From an uncultured Gammaproteobacteria bacterium (GTDB lineage Bacteria; Patescibacteriota; Patescibacteriia; Patescibacteriales; Patescibacteriaceae): a stretch of DNA of 64,000 bases. A program made the translations under genes and the position numbers. How positions within the stretch are numbered: the stretch's first letter is position 1; each line of letters begins with the position of its first letter. Shown in pieces: positions 27,543 to 37,817 of the stretch. Location: NCBI GenBank assembly GCA_964611115.1, contig CAZSWO010000001.1, forward strand, positions 20,309 to 84,308, given 5' to 3'. The notes under the pieces were generated by a model. That model did no database searches. It had not been told where the DNA came from and worked only from the letters and a program-made list of their open reading frames with translations.

Positions 27543-28259
27543 CTACTTTATAAGTTCGGCGTCTTTAGCGAAGCGGCGATGAGTCACCTTTGTATCGTCG
27601 ATAATCATTCCGTCCTTCATTGTAATAATGCGCTTGGCATGTTCGGAGGTGAAGGTTTCGTGAGTAACGAGAATAATAGTATTGCCCGCGTCATTCAAAG
27701 CCTGCAGGATTGCCATAACCTGAGTTCCTGATTTTGAATCAAGATTACCCGTCGGCTCGTCGGCAAAAATAATCGCCGGATTGTTTATTAAAGCGCGGGC
27801 AATCGCAACCCGTTGTTTTTCTCCGCCCGAGATTTGATTGGTAAAAAATTCAAGACGATGCCCGAGACCGACCTGTTCTAAAACTTCCTTAGCACGTTTG
27901 GCGGGATTTTTATGAGGAATTTGTGAATATAAGAGCGGCAACTTTACATTCTCAAGCACGCTTGTTCGAGGTAATAAGTTGAAGGACTGGAAAACAAAAC
28001 CGATTTTTTCATTTCGAAACTTAGCGAGCTCGTCGTCTGATAAGGATGTAACATCGCGGCCTTCAAATTCAAAGGTTCCGGAAGTCGCACGATCAAGAAA
28101 ACCGAGTATATGCATCAGCGTTGACTTTCCCGAACCCGAAGGTCCCATGATTGAAACAAATTCTCCCTCTTCAATGCTAAAGGAGAGGCCGTGCAAAACC
28201 TTTGTCACGACCTCTTCATTTACATAGTCTTTTTTTAGGCCATCAACCTTGATGAGCAT
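27543..28259 (-). CDS. ABC transporter ATP-binding protein (MacB/LolD-type)
   Basis: [33 protein letters not shown]. Confidence 0.97.
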   Translation of the reverse strand: MLIKVDGLKKDYVNEEVVTKVLHGLSFSIEEGEFVSIMGPSGSGKSTLMHILGFLDRATSGTFEFEGRDVTSLSDDELAKFRNEKIGFVFQSFNLLPRTSVLENVKLPLLYSQIPHKNPAKRAKEVLEQVGLGHRLEFFTNQISGGEKQRVAIARALINNPAIIFADEPTGNLDSKSGTQVMAILQALNDAGNTIILVTHETFTSEHAKRIITMKDGMIIDDTKVTHRRFAKDAELIK

Positions 28260-28262
28260 ATA

Positions 28263-30017
28263 TTATTTTTTGCTGCTATCTTTAACAAAGGTTACAACCT
28301 TATCGCCTTCATTAACACCCGAAATAACCTCGACCATTCCGTTATCGCCCGATAATCCGACGCTCACCGCTTCCTCGCGAACTGTAGTATTGTCGGCCTG
28401 CAAAATACGAACGATGCTGGCACCGTTTTTTTCAATAACGGCTCGTGCCGGCATAATCAAAATATTTTCACGTTTTGCCGTAAGAATTACGGCGCTCGCT
28501 GTCATTCCCGGCTTAACCGCGCTCTGTTCTCCCGGGTCAAAGCTAATTTTTACTTTATAATACGTAACTCCTTGAATAACGGTTGCGGCCGGTTCAATGA
28601 AATATACTTTGCCGGCAAAGATAACTTCCGGTCCAAGAGCGTCAAGTGTAATATCAGCCGTATCACCGGTTTTAAGCTTCGTAATATCAGTTTCAGAAAT
28701 ATCAACTTCTATTTGATAACTATTTTCGGTCAAAACTGACAAAAGGGCTTTTTGAGCGCTAACCTGTTCGCCGATTTCGTAATTGATCTTTGTAATAATT
28801 CCTTTAATCGGCGACTTAAGCATATTATCTGCAATCTGATTCTGAATCAGCTGAACATTGGCATTGGCTTGCCCGACCTGAGCCTGAGCAACGCTTAGGC
28901 TAGCGGCGGCGTTGTCGATCCTTGTTTGAGAGGATGCTAATTGTTGATCACGATTAAAACGAGCGCTCGAAACCGCATTACGCGCCGTTATCAAGGCATT
29001 GTCATAATTAACTCGAGCCTGCGTTACGCCCTGCTGCGCCGCAAGCACATTCGTATCATAGGAAAGTTTAGCGTCATCAACCGCTTGCTTAGCGCTTTGC
29101 AGTGCGCTGATCGACGCCGCCGTTATCGTTATTTGAGCATCGATGCTCGTTTTCGCAGAATTTAATTCAGTTTGAGAATAATTGTTATTTGGGATTGAGG
29201 CTTCAAGCGCCGCAAAGGTAAAGTTAAGCGCCTCAAAAACTTTGTTGTGTGCGGATTGAGTTGCATCATAACTTAAACTTGAATTCGCGGAAGCGACAAG
29301 ACTAACAGCGGCCGAATGACTGCTTTTTGCCGATGTGAGTGCGCTGCTGTTTTTAACGCTGAAGGTTGGTCTAAGATCATCATCCAAGAATAAACGGTTA
29401 ATCGCTTCAAGCGAACTCGAGGCGCCCGCTAATTTGTTTTGGATAGTTTGCTTTAAAGATTCAGTTTTATTATCAATACCGCGTTGATAGGTTGACTCGG
29501 TACTCTTAAGATTTGATTCAGCCGTAACAATCGCCTGCTCAGTCGTTGTTATTGTTCCCGAACCGCGATCCTCTAAATCATTCTTTGTTTTTTCCGCTTG
29601 TTTGATTACTTCGCCTAAACTGCCGGCTAATTTATCGTACTCTCTTCGCGCCGAGTCGTAACCCGATTGAGCCTGACGAACGTTGGCTTGCGACACAGCT
29701 AAACTGGCGGCAGCTTCTTGCCGTCTAATATTTAGATTTGATGAATCAATCTCACCGACAACTTGTTCCGGAACGACCTGATCGCCGACCTTAACATTTA
29801 TTTTAGTAAGCTGTCCGCTCGCCGAAAAATTAAGGTCAATTTCCTTGGCGGGAGTAATAGTGCCGGTTTCAGAAACAGACTGCAGAAGCGTACCGCGAGT
29901 TACATCGGCGGTCGTATATTCAATCGGTGATTTCTTATTCATTGCTCCATAAGTAACGGCGGCGCCTATCACCAAAACGATACCGCCAATAACCCAATAT
30001 TTCTTCTGAATTTTCAT
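28263..30017 (-). CDS. MacA/HlyD-type membrane fusion protein with an extended coiled coil
   Basis: N-terminal TM, KVGDQV lipoyl half-motif, long helical hairpin, SPIKGII, KPGMTA. Confidence 0.9.
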   Translation of the reverse strand: MKIQKKYWVIGGIVLVIGAAVTYGAMNKKSPIEYTTADVTRGTLLQSVSETGTITPAKEIDLNFSASGQLTKINVKVGDQVVPEQVVGEIDSSNLNIRRQEAAASLAVSQANVRQAQSGYDSARREYDKLAGSLGEVIKQAEKTKNDLEDRGSGTITTTEQAIVTAESNLKSTESTYQRGIDNKTESLKQTIQNKLAGASSSLEAINRLFLDDDLRPTFSVKNSSALTSAKSSHSAAVSLVASANSSLSYDATQSAHNKVFEALNFTFAALEASIPNNNYSQTELNSAKTSIDAQITITAASISALQSAKQAVDDAKLSYDTNVLAAQQGVTQARVNYDNALITARNAVSSARFNRDQQLASSQTRIDNAAASLSVAQAQVGQANANVQLIQNQIADNMLKSPIKGIITKINYEIGEQVSAQKALLSVLTENSYQIEVDISETDITKLKTGDTADITLDALGPEVIFAGKVYFIEPAATVIQGVTYYKVKISFDPGEQSAVKPGMTASAVILTAKRENILIMPARAVIEKNGASIVRILQADNTTVREEAVSVGLSGDNGMVEVISGVNEGDKVVTFVKDSSKK

Positions 30018-30071
30018 AAATTATATATAAATACATTCTCAGTATACAAGATTTTCCAATAAAAATCAAAT

Positions 30072-30096
30072 AAAAAGACTGTTTTGCAACAGTCTT
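30072..30096 (-). terminator. Rho-independent terminator
   Basis: AAGACTGTT-gcaa-AACAGTCTT followed by a T run on the - strand. Confidence 0.75.
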
Positions 30097-30106
30097 CTAA
30101 TGTTTT

Positions 30107-30298
30107 CTACTCTGCTGTGGGAGTGCTGGTTCTGCATTGTGCATTGGCAAAAGCTCCGATAATAATCATAGCGATACCTATAAAAAAGCAAGCAATTCCT
30201 AGCGATGATATATTTGTATCCATATTGCGACACATAAATGCTCCGCCAAAAGTCACAAAACTCCCTAAAATAAAAAGAGCAATAATCAATTTTTTCAT
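30107..30298 (-). CDS. Small 2-TM membrane protein (ORFan)
   Basis: MKKLIIALFILG...; GGAG SD 8 nt before ATG 30298; own terminator; TTGACT at 30349-30354. Confidence 0.6.
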   Translation of the reverse strand: MKKLIIALFILGSFVTFGGAFMCRNMDTNISSLGIACFFIGIAMIIIGAFANAQCRTSTPTAE

Positions 30299-30355
30299 TC
30301 TCAAGTCTCCGATTAATGTTCCTTAGAATTACAATATTTTATTAAAAAAGTCAAG

Positions 30356-31300
30356 CTAGAAGCCGATAAACTGGATTTCTTCTTCGAGATCAATCTTAAA
30401 AGCTTCTCGAACTGATTGCTTGGTTTTCTGAGAGAGTGAATGAACATCAATCGCTTTGGCATTATTAGCGTTTACAATAAAGTTGGCATGCTTCTCGCTA
30501 ATTTTAGCTCCGCCCAATTCCTCGCCCTTTAATCCGAGTTGTTCAATCAGATATCCGGCGCCGATCTTGCCTCCCCTAATCTTTCCGTCAGTTTGGGCTC
30601 GCTTAAATAATTCCGGATTTATTTTTTCTACATCAGCCGCAAAAAGATTTTTAAAAATACAGCCGGCACTCGGCTCTTTGGGTTGAGATGTAACTCGATA
30701 ATTTTTATATTCCGCCATTATTTTTTCCATCGCGATTTTATCCTCCGAAGCCTTAAGGCGCAGGAGGACATCCCATACAATAAAGTGCGGTTCGGTTTTA
30801 AAACGACTCGAACGATATCTAAAATCGCAGTCATCTTTGTGATAATCAACCCAGCAATTTTTTTCCGAATCATAGACAACAACCGATTCAACAACCTTAT
30901 CGAATGATCCGCCGTGCGCACCGGCATTGCCGCGAATTGCACCGCCCATCGATCCGGGAATGCCGATTGACCATTCAATCCCGCTCAAGCTTTTTTCCAA
31001 AGCGGCTTCGGCTAGATCCCAAACCTGAACTGAAGCGCCGCAGATTATTTTCTCATCAGCAAATTCAAGCTTAGAATTATGAACCTTAACAACTAGTCCC
31101 TTAACGCCCTCATCATTAATTAAAATATTAGAACCGCCGCCGAGAACGGTAACAGGCAACCTATGTTCCCTGGCCCAAGCCCAGGCCGCCTCAACCTCAT
31201 CACGCGTTTCTAATTCGACAAAATATTGCGCATTCCCGCCAATCTTAAATGTAGAAAGTTGAGCGAGCGGATAATTTTCTTTTATTTTATTTTTTATCAT
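30356..31300 (-). CDS. murB: UDP-N-acetylmuramate dehydrogenase
   Basis: FKIGG, LGGGSNIL, GIPGSMGGA..GNAGA, SAGCIFKN, HANF. Confidence 0.97.
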   Translation of the reverse strand: MIKNKIKENYPLAQLSTFKIGGNAQYFVELETRDEVEAAWAWAREHRLPVTVLGGGSNILINDEGVKGLVVKVHNSKLEFADEKIICGASVQVWDLAEAALEKSLSGIEWSIGIPGSMGGAIRGNAGAHGGSFDKVVESVVVYDSEKNCWVDYHKDDCDFRYRSSRFKTEPHFIVWDVLLRLKASEDKIAMEKIMAEYKNYRVTSQPKEPSAGCIFKNLFAADVEKINPELFKRAQTDGKIRGGKIGAGYLIEQLGLKGEELGGAKISEKHANFIVNANNAKAIDVHSLSQKTKQSVREAFKIDLEEEIQFIGF

Positions 31301-31314
31301 ATAAATTTTTCTCC

Positions 31315-31394
31315 AGGTTCACCTCTCCCCGTCCCTCCCCGCATGCATGCGGGGAGGGTGGTCCGCTTTTTAGCGGACCGGGAGAGGTGAACTT
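31315..31394. repeat. 80-bp GC-rich branched palindrome (REP-like)
   Basis: Outer stem AGGTTCACCTCTCCC/GGGAGAGGTGAACTT enclosing CCCTCCCCGCATGCATGCGGGGAGGG and GGTCCGCT...AGCGGACC; overlaps the murC stop. Confidence 0.85.
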
Positions 31395-32764
31395 AGTAAT
31401 CGTTCTCCAATTCTAAAGACATCCCCCGCTCCCATTAATAAAATCAAATCCTTGTCACCGACAGTTTCTCTAAGATAGCTTTCAACTGCTGCTAAGTCTT
31501 TTAAATATTTCACTTCTTTTTTATCAGAAATATTTTTCTTAATTTCATCAGCAACTTGTTGTCCACTTATCTCGCCCTTTGTTTCCCGCGCTGATGTATA
31601 AATATCTAAAACAATTACTTCATCGGCCTTTGCAAAACTTTTAGCAAAGTCATCAAGCAAAGCTTCGGTTCGGCTAAAGGTATGCGGATGAAAGACAACG
31701 CGAATCTTTTTCTTCGGCCATTTCTGTTTGACCGCCGCCAGTGTCGCTTTTATTTCGGTTGGATGATGAGCATAATCATCAATAATCAAAGCGCCCTTAT
31801 ACTCGCCTAGTTTTTGCAGACGCCGCGCCGTTCCGCTAAATCCTTCTAAGCCGCGCCTAATCGCGAGCAGATCGGCGTTCAACTCTATAGCGGCGACGAT
31901 GACGGACGCCGCGTTTAAAATATTATGTTCGCCGTTTAACTGAATTGAAAAAGTTCCGACCTCGACACCGTCGAGTGAAAGACTGAAATATTGTTTGATT
32001 CCGTCATAACCGTCATTAGAAATAATATAATCACAATCTTTAAAACCGTAACTCACTACCCTGCCCTTACATTGTTCAGCTAATTTCTTGACTATCCTGT
32101 CATTAAAGTTCGCGATTAAAATTCCTGATTTAGGCAACTTAGAAATAAAATCTGCAAAAACTTGTTCGTAGCTCGCTTCATCTTTAAAAAAATCCGGATG
32201 ATCATAGTCAATATTATTAAGCACAATCATCTTCGGATTAAAGTATTGTAATTTATTTTGATACTCATCGGCCTCTATTACTAAGAGGTTTGATTTTCCG
32301 ACGAGACCGGCGCCGTTGAATTGCGGAACCTGCGCACCGACCATTACGTTCGGTTCGAGTCCGGCTTCTTTTAAAACGTAACCGAGCCAAGCCGTTGTAG
32401 TTGTTTTCCCGTGCGAACCGGCGACAGCTACGCCGTAGCGCGTATTGAAAACCGCGCCCATCGTTTCGGCATAAGTCGCTACTCTCATCTTATTCTCTAA
32501 AGCAAATTTTAATTCCTCATTATTATTCTCGTTATAAGCCGAAGAATATATCACTAAATCTGCTTCTCTGTTTAACTGCTCCGAATTAAATCCCTGAAAG
32601 ACTTTGATGCCCGCACGTTCTAGAACGGCGTCGGTCATGAATTTTTCGGCAATATCACTGCCGCTGATTTCATAGCCTTCATGCGCCAAAAACTCGGCGA
32701 GCATAGTCATTCCCACGCCTTTAATACCGATCATGTATATTTTCTTGATTTTCGAGAGATCCAC
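31370..32764 (-). CDS. murC: UDP-N-acetylmuramate--L-alanine ligase
   Basis: IGIKGVGM, GSHGKTTTT, IEADEY, NIDYDHPD, RRLQ, DDYAHHPTEI, FHPHTFSR; start likely GTG 32764. Confidence 0.96.
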   Translation of the reverse strand: MDLSKIKKIYMIGIKGVGMTMLAEFLAHEGYEISGSDIAEKFMTDAVLERAGIKVFQGFNSEQLNREADLVIYSSAYNENNNEELKFALENKMRVATYAETMGAVFNTRYGVAVAGSHGKTTTTAWLGYVLKEAGLEPNVMVGAQVPQFNGAGLVGKSNLLVIEADEYQNKLQYFNPKMIVLNNIDYDHPDFFKDEASYEQVFADFISKLPKSGILIANFNDRIVKKLAEQCKGRVVSYGFKDCDYIISNDGYDGIKQYFSLSLDGVEVGTFSIQLNGEHNILNAASVIVAAIELNADLLAIRRGLEGFSGTARRLQKLGEYKGALIIDDYAHHPTEIKATLAAVKQKWPKKKIRVVFHPHTFSRTEALLDDFAKSFAKADEVIVLDIYTSARETKGEISGQQVADEIKKNISDKKEVKYLKDLAAVESYLRETVGDKDLILLMGAGDVFRIGERLLSSPLPVR

Positions 32765-32768
32765 GTTG

Positions 32769-33824
32769 TTAAAAAATATATTTACTAATAATCTCCACCA
32801 TCGCATCATTCGCGCCTTGCTTCATCGCCTTTCTAATATTAGAGGCGAGTTCGTTTCGTTTTAATTCATTAGAACTTAAATCTTTTAAAGTAGAAATAAA
32901 AGTTTCAGGGGTTAGAGTTTTCTGATCTAAGACAATTGCAGCATCATGCTCTTTAAAATAATTCGCATTTTCTTCTTGATGCGAATCCGGGATCGGAATG
33001 ATGACCGAAGCTTTTCCTAAAAATGAAAGCTCGGAAAGTGTACCGAGTCCGGCGCGCGTTACAACAATATCTGCGCCCGCCAAGGCTTTGGCAATATAAG
33101 AATTATCAAGCAAGTCGTAGGACTGATAACCGACGATTTCTTTCTTAAGTTCTGATTTTGCATTGTGCTTACCCGTGATATGAACAACATCGGCAAAGCT
33201 TACAATTTGTTCGATTGAATTTTTTACCAAAGTATTGATTGATTCTGATCCTGTTCCTCCGCCTAACACTAAAATGCAAGGACGGTTATTTTGAGTTGCT
33301 TGAATTGAGAGAAAGGCAGAGCGAATTGGATTACCAATCCACACCGCATTCTTTCCATAATCTTTCAAACTTTTCTCAAAAGCCGTTGTAATTATAGAAG
33401 CGCAGGATGCCATAAGTTTATTGGCCAAACCGGGACGGATGTCCTGCTGATGAACGATAACCGGAATCCCTAAAATTTTTGCCGCCCAGGCCACAGGAAC
33501 GCTAACAAAACCGCCGGCGGTAATAACTAATTTAGGTTTATGTTTATAAAGAATTGATAATGACTGCAAAAATCCGATTTTGATATTGATGAGGTCGATA
33601 AGATTCTGCAATGAAAAATAACGGCGAAGTTTTCCCGCCGCAATCGGAATATAGTTGAAATCATACCCGGCCGTCATTGTTCGTTCAATTCCGTTATGAG
33701 TTCCGATCCAAATAATTTTGTTATCTTTGGGTAAAGACTCCGCAACCGCCAATAAGGGCGTGACCGAACCGCCGGTTCCGCCACCACTTAAGACGATTGC
33801 ATTATTTCTTATTCTTGATTTCAT
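32769..33824 (-). CDS. murG: Lipid II GlcNAc transferase
   Basis: GGGTGG, GGFVSVP, HQQD..PG.AN, GNPIR, GGGTGS, RAG, HQEENA. Confidence 0.95.
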   Translation of the reverse strand: MKSRIRNNAIVLSGGGTGGSVTPLLAVAESLPKDNKIIWIGTHNGIERTMTAGYDFNYIPIAAGKLRRYFSLQNLIDLINIKIGFLQSLSILYKHKPKLVITAGGFVSVPVAWAAKILGIPVIVHQQDIRPGLANKLMASCASIITTAFEKSLKDYGKNAVWIGNPIRSAFLSIQATQNNRPCILVLGGGTGSESINTLVKNSIEQIVSFADVVHITGKHNAKSELKKEIVGYQSYDLLDNSYIAKALAGADIVVTRAGLGTLSELSFLGKASVIIPIPDSHQEENANYFKEHDAAIVLDQKTLTPETFISTLKDLSSNELKRNELASNIRKAMKQGANDAMVEIISKYIF

Positions 33825-34968
33825 AATATTTGTCTAGAAAAACCTGATACTGTTTGCGATGAACCGCACTCGAGGCTTGGATAAGATTGTCTAAGCGCAC
33901 CCAGCGATAGCCCTTGTGTTCGAGTGGATTGGTACGAACACTATTACGCGGTCCGTCATACTCTATGATAAAGAAACTCTGACGCTGGCCCTTATAGCCG
34001 TATTGCGTATAATGCTTCGGCCAATCGTATTGAAAGGTATTAGGAAATACAGCCAATATTCGTAATTTAGTCAAGCCGGTTTCTTCTTGAACTTCGCGTC
34101 GTACCGCTTTTTCCAGTGTTTCGCGTTTTTCAACGCCGCCCTGCGGCAAACCCCAATAGGTTCTTCGTCCTGCAGCGTTTAGCAATAATACTTCGCCTTG
34201 TTTATTTACAATCATCGCGACGACGTTCGGGCGATACTTAAATCGACGAAATTGCCAACCGACAACCGCGAGCGGGAAAACTATTACCGCATTATAAATC
34301 CGTTTAATACGCCAGGGCTGCTGAATCAAACGCCACAACCATTCGAATCCAAAGAATTGAATCGCGCGCGGCGCGCGTCGAATGTTACCTGTAATAAAAT
34401 CAAAACTGCCGCCGACGCCCATTGCGAAACGCAGCGACTGAATATCGCGCAGCAAGCGGCGACGAATAAAGATATCTTGTTCCGGCGCTCCGAGTGCAAC
34501 AAAGGCTATGTCCGGATGAAACGTTCTCAGTCGCGCGACGTCGTAGCTATGAGAGCCTCGCTCCATTGAAATAACTAAAACTTTTAGTTTTGGATAACGC
34601 CGTTTGATCGCTCTGATTATTTCTTCATCGCTCGATAAACCTTTGCTCCAGTTTATAACCGCAACGCGAAGGTGCATCTTATCAGCGATCTTTAAAAAGT
34701 AAGAAACTAAATTAGCACCGCTGTAACGACGAAGATTCACGCCTCGGATCCAACCGGCGAACTTTAGGCCGATTCCGTCAGGAATAGAGAGGCTCGCTTC
34801 TTCTAGCACAGAAAAAAATTCCTGGTTTTGTTGAGCCAGGAGAAGAAATTCAGGATTGGGAGTGACAATATGCCCGCGGCGCTGTTCAAGCAAGCGTCGG
34901 ACAGCTCGTCCGAGCTCGGCCGGTGTTAGCGAATCAACGGGAATACCGAGTATATGCGCCTTGCCCAT
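33802..34968 (-). CDS. WecB/TagA/CpsF glycosyltransferase fused to an RppH-like NUDIX hydrolase
   Basis: VTPNPE, PDGIG, LGAPEQD, GVGGSFDF, EWLWRL; then YRPNV, LPQGG and the NUDIX box GVEKRETLEKAVRREVQEETGL. Confidence 0.9.
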   Translation of the reverse strand: MGKAHILGIPVDSLTPAELGRAVRRLLEQRRGHIVTPNPEFLLLAQQNQEFFSVLEEASLSIPDGIGLKFAGWIRGVNLRRYSGANLVSYFLKIADKMHLRVAVINWSKGLSSDEEIIRAIKRRYPKLKVLVISMERGSHSYDVARLRTFHPDIAFVALGAPEQDIFIRRRLLRDIQSLRFAMGVGGSFDFITGNIRRAPRAIQFFGFEWLWRLIQQPWRIKRIYNAVIVFPLAVVGWQFRRFKYRPNVVAMIVNKQGEVLLLNAAGRRTYWGLPQGGVEKRETLEKAVRREVQEETGLTKLRILAVFPNTFQYDWPKHYTQYGYKGQRQSFFIIEYDGPRNSVRTNPLEHKGYRWVRLDNLIQASSAVHRKQYQVFLDKYYEIKNKK

Positions 34969-35046
34969 ATCGGCAATTATAGCTACTATTTATATAATTG
35001 ATTATAACACATTTTGTCCTGCCCGCCGTTCTATCAGGAAGGCGGG

Positions 35047-35086
35047 TTGACAACAATATTTAGCAGTCTTATAATGTGAGTGCTAA
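35047..35086 (+). promoter_or_regulatory. clpB sigma70 promoter overlapped by a CIRCE (HrcA) operator
   Basis: TTGACA(35047)-17-TATAAT(35070); TTAGCAGTC-N9-GAGTGCTAA at 35060-35086 (one mismatch to the CIRCE consensus). Confidence 0.88.
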
Positions 35087-35112
35087 AATTCAACATAAAA
35101 TTACTTTTTTAT

Positions 35113-37740
35113 ATGCTAGACAAATTCACCCATAAATCACAAGAAGCCATAATTAATGCACAGGTCATTGCTCAGGAATATGGCCAACAATACATTAATG
35201 CCTCTCACCTGCTCTTAGCCCTCCTTGAACAAAGCGACGGCTTAGTACGCCCAATTCTCGACAGCCTTGATATTAATAGTGATGAGCTGCACGAACGAAT
35301 TGAAACCAGCCTCGAGAAATTACCTAAAGTTGAAGCTACTCCGGCGGTCGGCATGGTTCAAGGTACAACCGAGATGGCGGTTATCATCGAACACTCAATG
35401 AAAGAAGCTAAAAAGATGGATGATGAATTTGTTTCAACCGAACATATTCTTTTGTCATTGCTCGATGTTAAATCCGAAGTCCAAAAGATTTTACAATCTA
35501 TGGGCATCACTCGCCCGACCCTCGAAGCGGCCATTGAAAAAATCCGCGGCGGAAAAAAAGTAGACAGCCAAGAACCGGAAGTCCGCTTCCGAGTTATTGA
35601 AAAATATACTCACAACTTAACCGCGATGGCGCGAACAAATAAACTTGATCCGGTCATCGGCCGCGATGACGAGATTAAACGCGTTATGCAAATTCTTTCC
35701 CGTCGCTTAAAGAATAACCCGGTCTTGCTCGGCGAAGCCGGTACCGGGAAAACCGCAATTATCGAAGGTCTGGCACAACGCATTATTTCCGGCGACGTTC
35801 CCGAAAGTTTAAAAGATAAAGAATTATTATCTCTCGACCTCGGATCCTTAATCGCCGGAGCGAAATTTCGCGGCGAGTTTGAAGATCGCCTTAAAGCCCT
35901 CGTCAAAGAAATCGAGGCAAACGAAGGACGCATTATTTTGTTTATTGATGAATTGCATACCATCGTCGGACTCGGCGCCGCTGACGGTGCGGGCGACGCC
36001 GCCAATATGTTGAAACCGGCTTTGGCTCGCGGTACACTCCGAGCAATCGGTGCGACAACAACCCGCGAATATCAAAAACATATTGAAAAAGATTCCGCCC
36101 TCGAACGACGCTTCCAACCGGTCTACGTTTCTGAACCCTCGGAAGAAGACGCGATTTCTATCTTGCGCGGCATTAAAGACAAATATGAATTGCATCATGG
36201 TGTAAAAATCAGCGACGACGCCGTCCTCGCCGCCGTTAAACTTTCTTCACGCTATATTTCCGATCGCTTTCTACCTGACAAAGCGATTGATCTTATGGAT
36301 GAAGCTACCTCGGCCTTACGCATGGAAATCGACTCATCGCCCGAAGAACTTGATGTACTACGAAAAGAAATCCGTCGCCTTGAAATTACCAAAGCTAACT
36401 TGATCCGTGATAAGCGAAACGATGCCAAACTTAAGGTCGCAAGCAAAGATTTGTCGGATTTAAAAGAAAAAGCCGCCCAGCTTGAATCCCGTTGGCAGAA
36501 CGAAAAAGATATTATCGGTCGTATTCGCGCTTCAAAATCAAAAATTGATGAATTGCGCGCCGAATCAGAATCCGTCCAACGTCTCGGCGACGATTTAACT
36601 CGAGTTGCTGAAATCCGTTACGCCGAAATCCCGGAGCTCGAAAAGAAAATTAAAAAAGAAGAAGCCGAACTCTTGCGTCTGACTACTTCGGGACAACGAA
36701 TCTTGAAAGAGGAAATTAACGAGGAAGACATCGCACGTGTTGTCGCTCGTTGGACCGGCGTTCCGGTTGCAAAAATGCTTGAACCGGAAGTTAAGAAACT
36801 CGGACGCGCCGAAGAAGAATTAAGCGGTCGAGTTGTCGGACAGGACGCCGCCATCAGCGCCGTTGCTCACGCTCTGCGCCGTTCCCGTGTCGGAATTTCC
36901 GAAGAAAAGAAACCGATGGGTTCCTTCCTCTTTGTCGGACCGACCGGTGTTGGTAAAACCGAATTGGCTAAAGCCTTAACCGAATTCATGTTCAATGACG
37001 ACAACTCAATGATTCGTCTCGATATGAGCGAATACATGGAAAAACACAGCGTCTCAAAAATGATCGGCTCCCCTCCCGGTTACGTCGGTCACGAAGAAGG
37101 CGGCCAGTTAACCGACCGTGTTCGCCGCAAACCGTACAGCGTTATTCTCTTTGATGAAATTGAAAAAGCTCATCCGGAAGTCTTCAATATCTTATTGCAA
37201 ATTCTTGATGACGGACGCTTAACCGATTCCAAGGGCCGCACCGTCAACTTTAAGAATACGATTATTATTATGACTTCAAACCTCGGCAACGAAATTATAC
37301 GAGAATATACCATCGGTTTCTCGGATCAAACCGACGTCGAAAAAGTTAAGCTCATGCAGCAAGACGAAATGCGTGAAAAAATTGATAAGATTTTACGCCA
37401 GCATTTCAAGCTTGAGTTCCTCAACCGTATTGATGAGATTGTGATCTTTAAGAGCCTGCTCAAAGAAGACTTGGTTAAAATTGTTGACCTTGAACTTACT
37501 AAAGTTGAAGACCGCTTACGCAATCAAGACATCAAAGTACGGATCGCCAAAAATGTTAAGCAATTATTGGCGGAAAAGAGCTTCGATAAAACCTTCGGCG
37601 CCCGTCCCCTTAAGCGCGTCATCCAAAGTATGATTTTGAATGAACTTGCTTCCGAGATCGTCGCCGGACGAGTTAAACACGGCGATCGAGTCAACATCAG
37701 CCTGGGCTTACAAAATAATATACTTGTCTCAGTGAAATAG
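35113..37740 (+). CDS. clpB: ATP-dependent disaggregase ClpB
   Basis: [22 protein letters not shown], coiled-coil middle domain, [24 protein letters not shown]; start MLDKFT (35113). Confidence 0.97.
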   Translation: MLDKFTHKSQEAIINAQVIAQEYGQQYINASHLLLALLEQSDGLVRPILDSLDINSDELHERIETSLEKLPKVEATPAVGMVQGTTEMAVIIEHSMKEAKKMDDEFVSTEHILLSLLDVKSEVQKILQSMGITRPTLEAAIEKIRGGKKVDSQEPEVRFRVIEKYTHNLTAMARTNKLDPVIGRDDEIKRVMQILSRRLKNNPVLLGEAGTGKTAIIEGLAQRIISGDVPESLKDKELLSLDLGSLIAGAKFRGEFEDRLKALVKEIEANEGRIILFIDELHTIVGLGAADGAGDAANMLKPALARGTLRAIGATTTREYQKHIEKDSALERRFQPVYVSEPSEEDAISILRGIKDKYELHHGVKISDDAVLAAVKLSSRYISDRFLPDKAIDLMDEATSALRMEIDSSPEELDVLRKEIRRLEITKANLIRDKRNDAKLKVASKDLSDLKEKAAQLESRWQNEKDIIGRIRASKSKIDELRAESESVQRLGDDLTRVAEIRYAEIPELEKKIKKEEAELLRLTTSGQRILKEEINEEDIARVVARWTGVPVAKMLEPEVKKLGRAEEELSGRVVGQDAAISAVAHALRRSRVGISEEKKPMGSFLFVGPTGVGKTELAKALTEFMFNDDNSMIRLDMSEYMEKHSVSKMIGSPPGYVGHEEGGQLTDRVRRKPYSVILFDEIEKAHPEVFNILLQILDDGRLTDSKGRTVNFKNTIIIMTSNLGNEIIREYTIGFSDQTDVEKVKLMQQDEMREKIDKILRQHFKLEFLNRIDEIVIFKSLLKEDLVKIVDLELTKVEDRLRNQDIKVRIAKNVKQLLAEKSFDKTFGARPLKRVIQSMILNELASEIVAGRVKHGDRVNISLGLQNNILVSVK

Positions 37741-37744
37741 ATTT

Positions 37745-37782
37745 GATAAAACGCCGTTCTATATATAGAGCGGCGTTTTATC
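37745..37782. terminator. Terminator after clpB
   Basis: GATAAAACGCCG/CGGCGTTTTATC inverted repeat. Confidence 0.75.
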
Positions 37783-37817
37783 TTGTCCGTACCTCGTTTT
37801 TACGCTATACTTCAGAA

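Noticed and set aside
35610-37523. Several antisense ORFs within clpB, and similar ones in other long genes
   Set aside because: Antisense shadows of well-supported genes, with no recognisable motifs or expression signals
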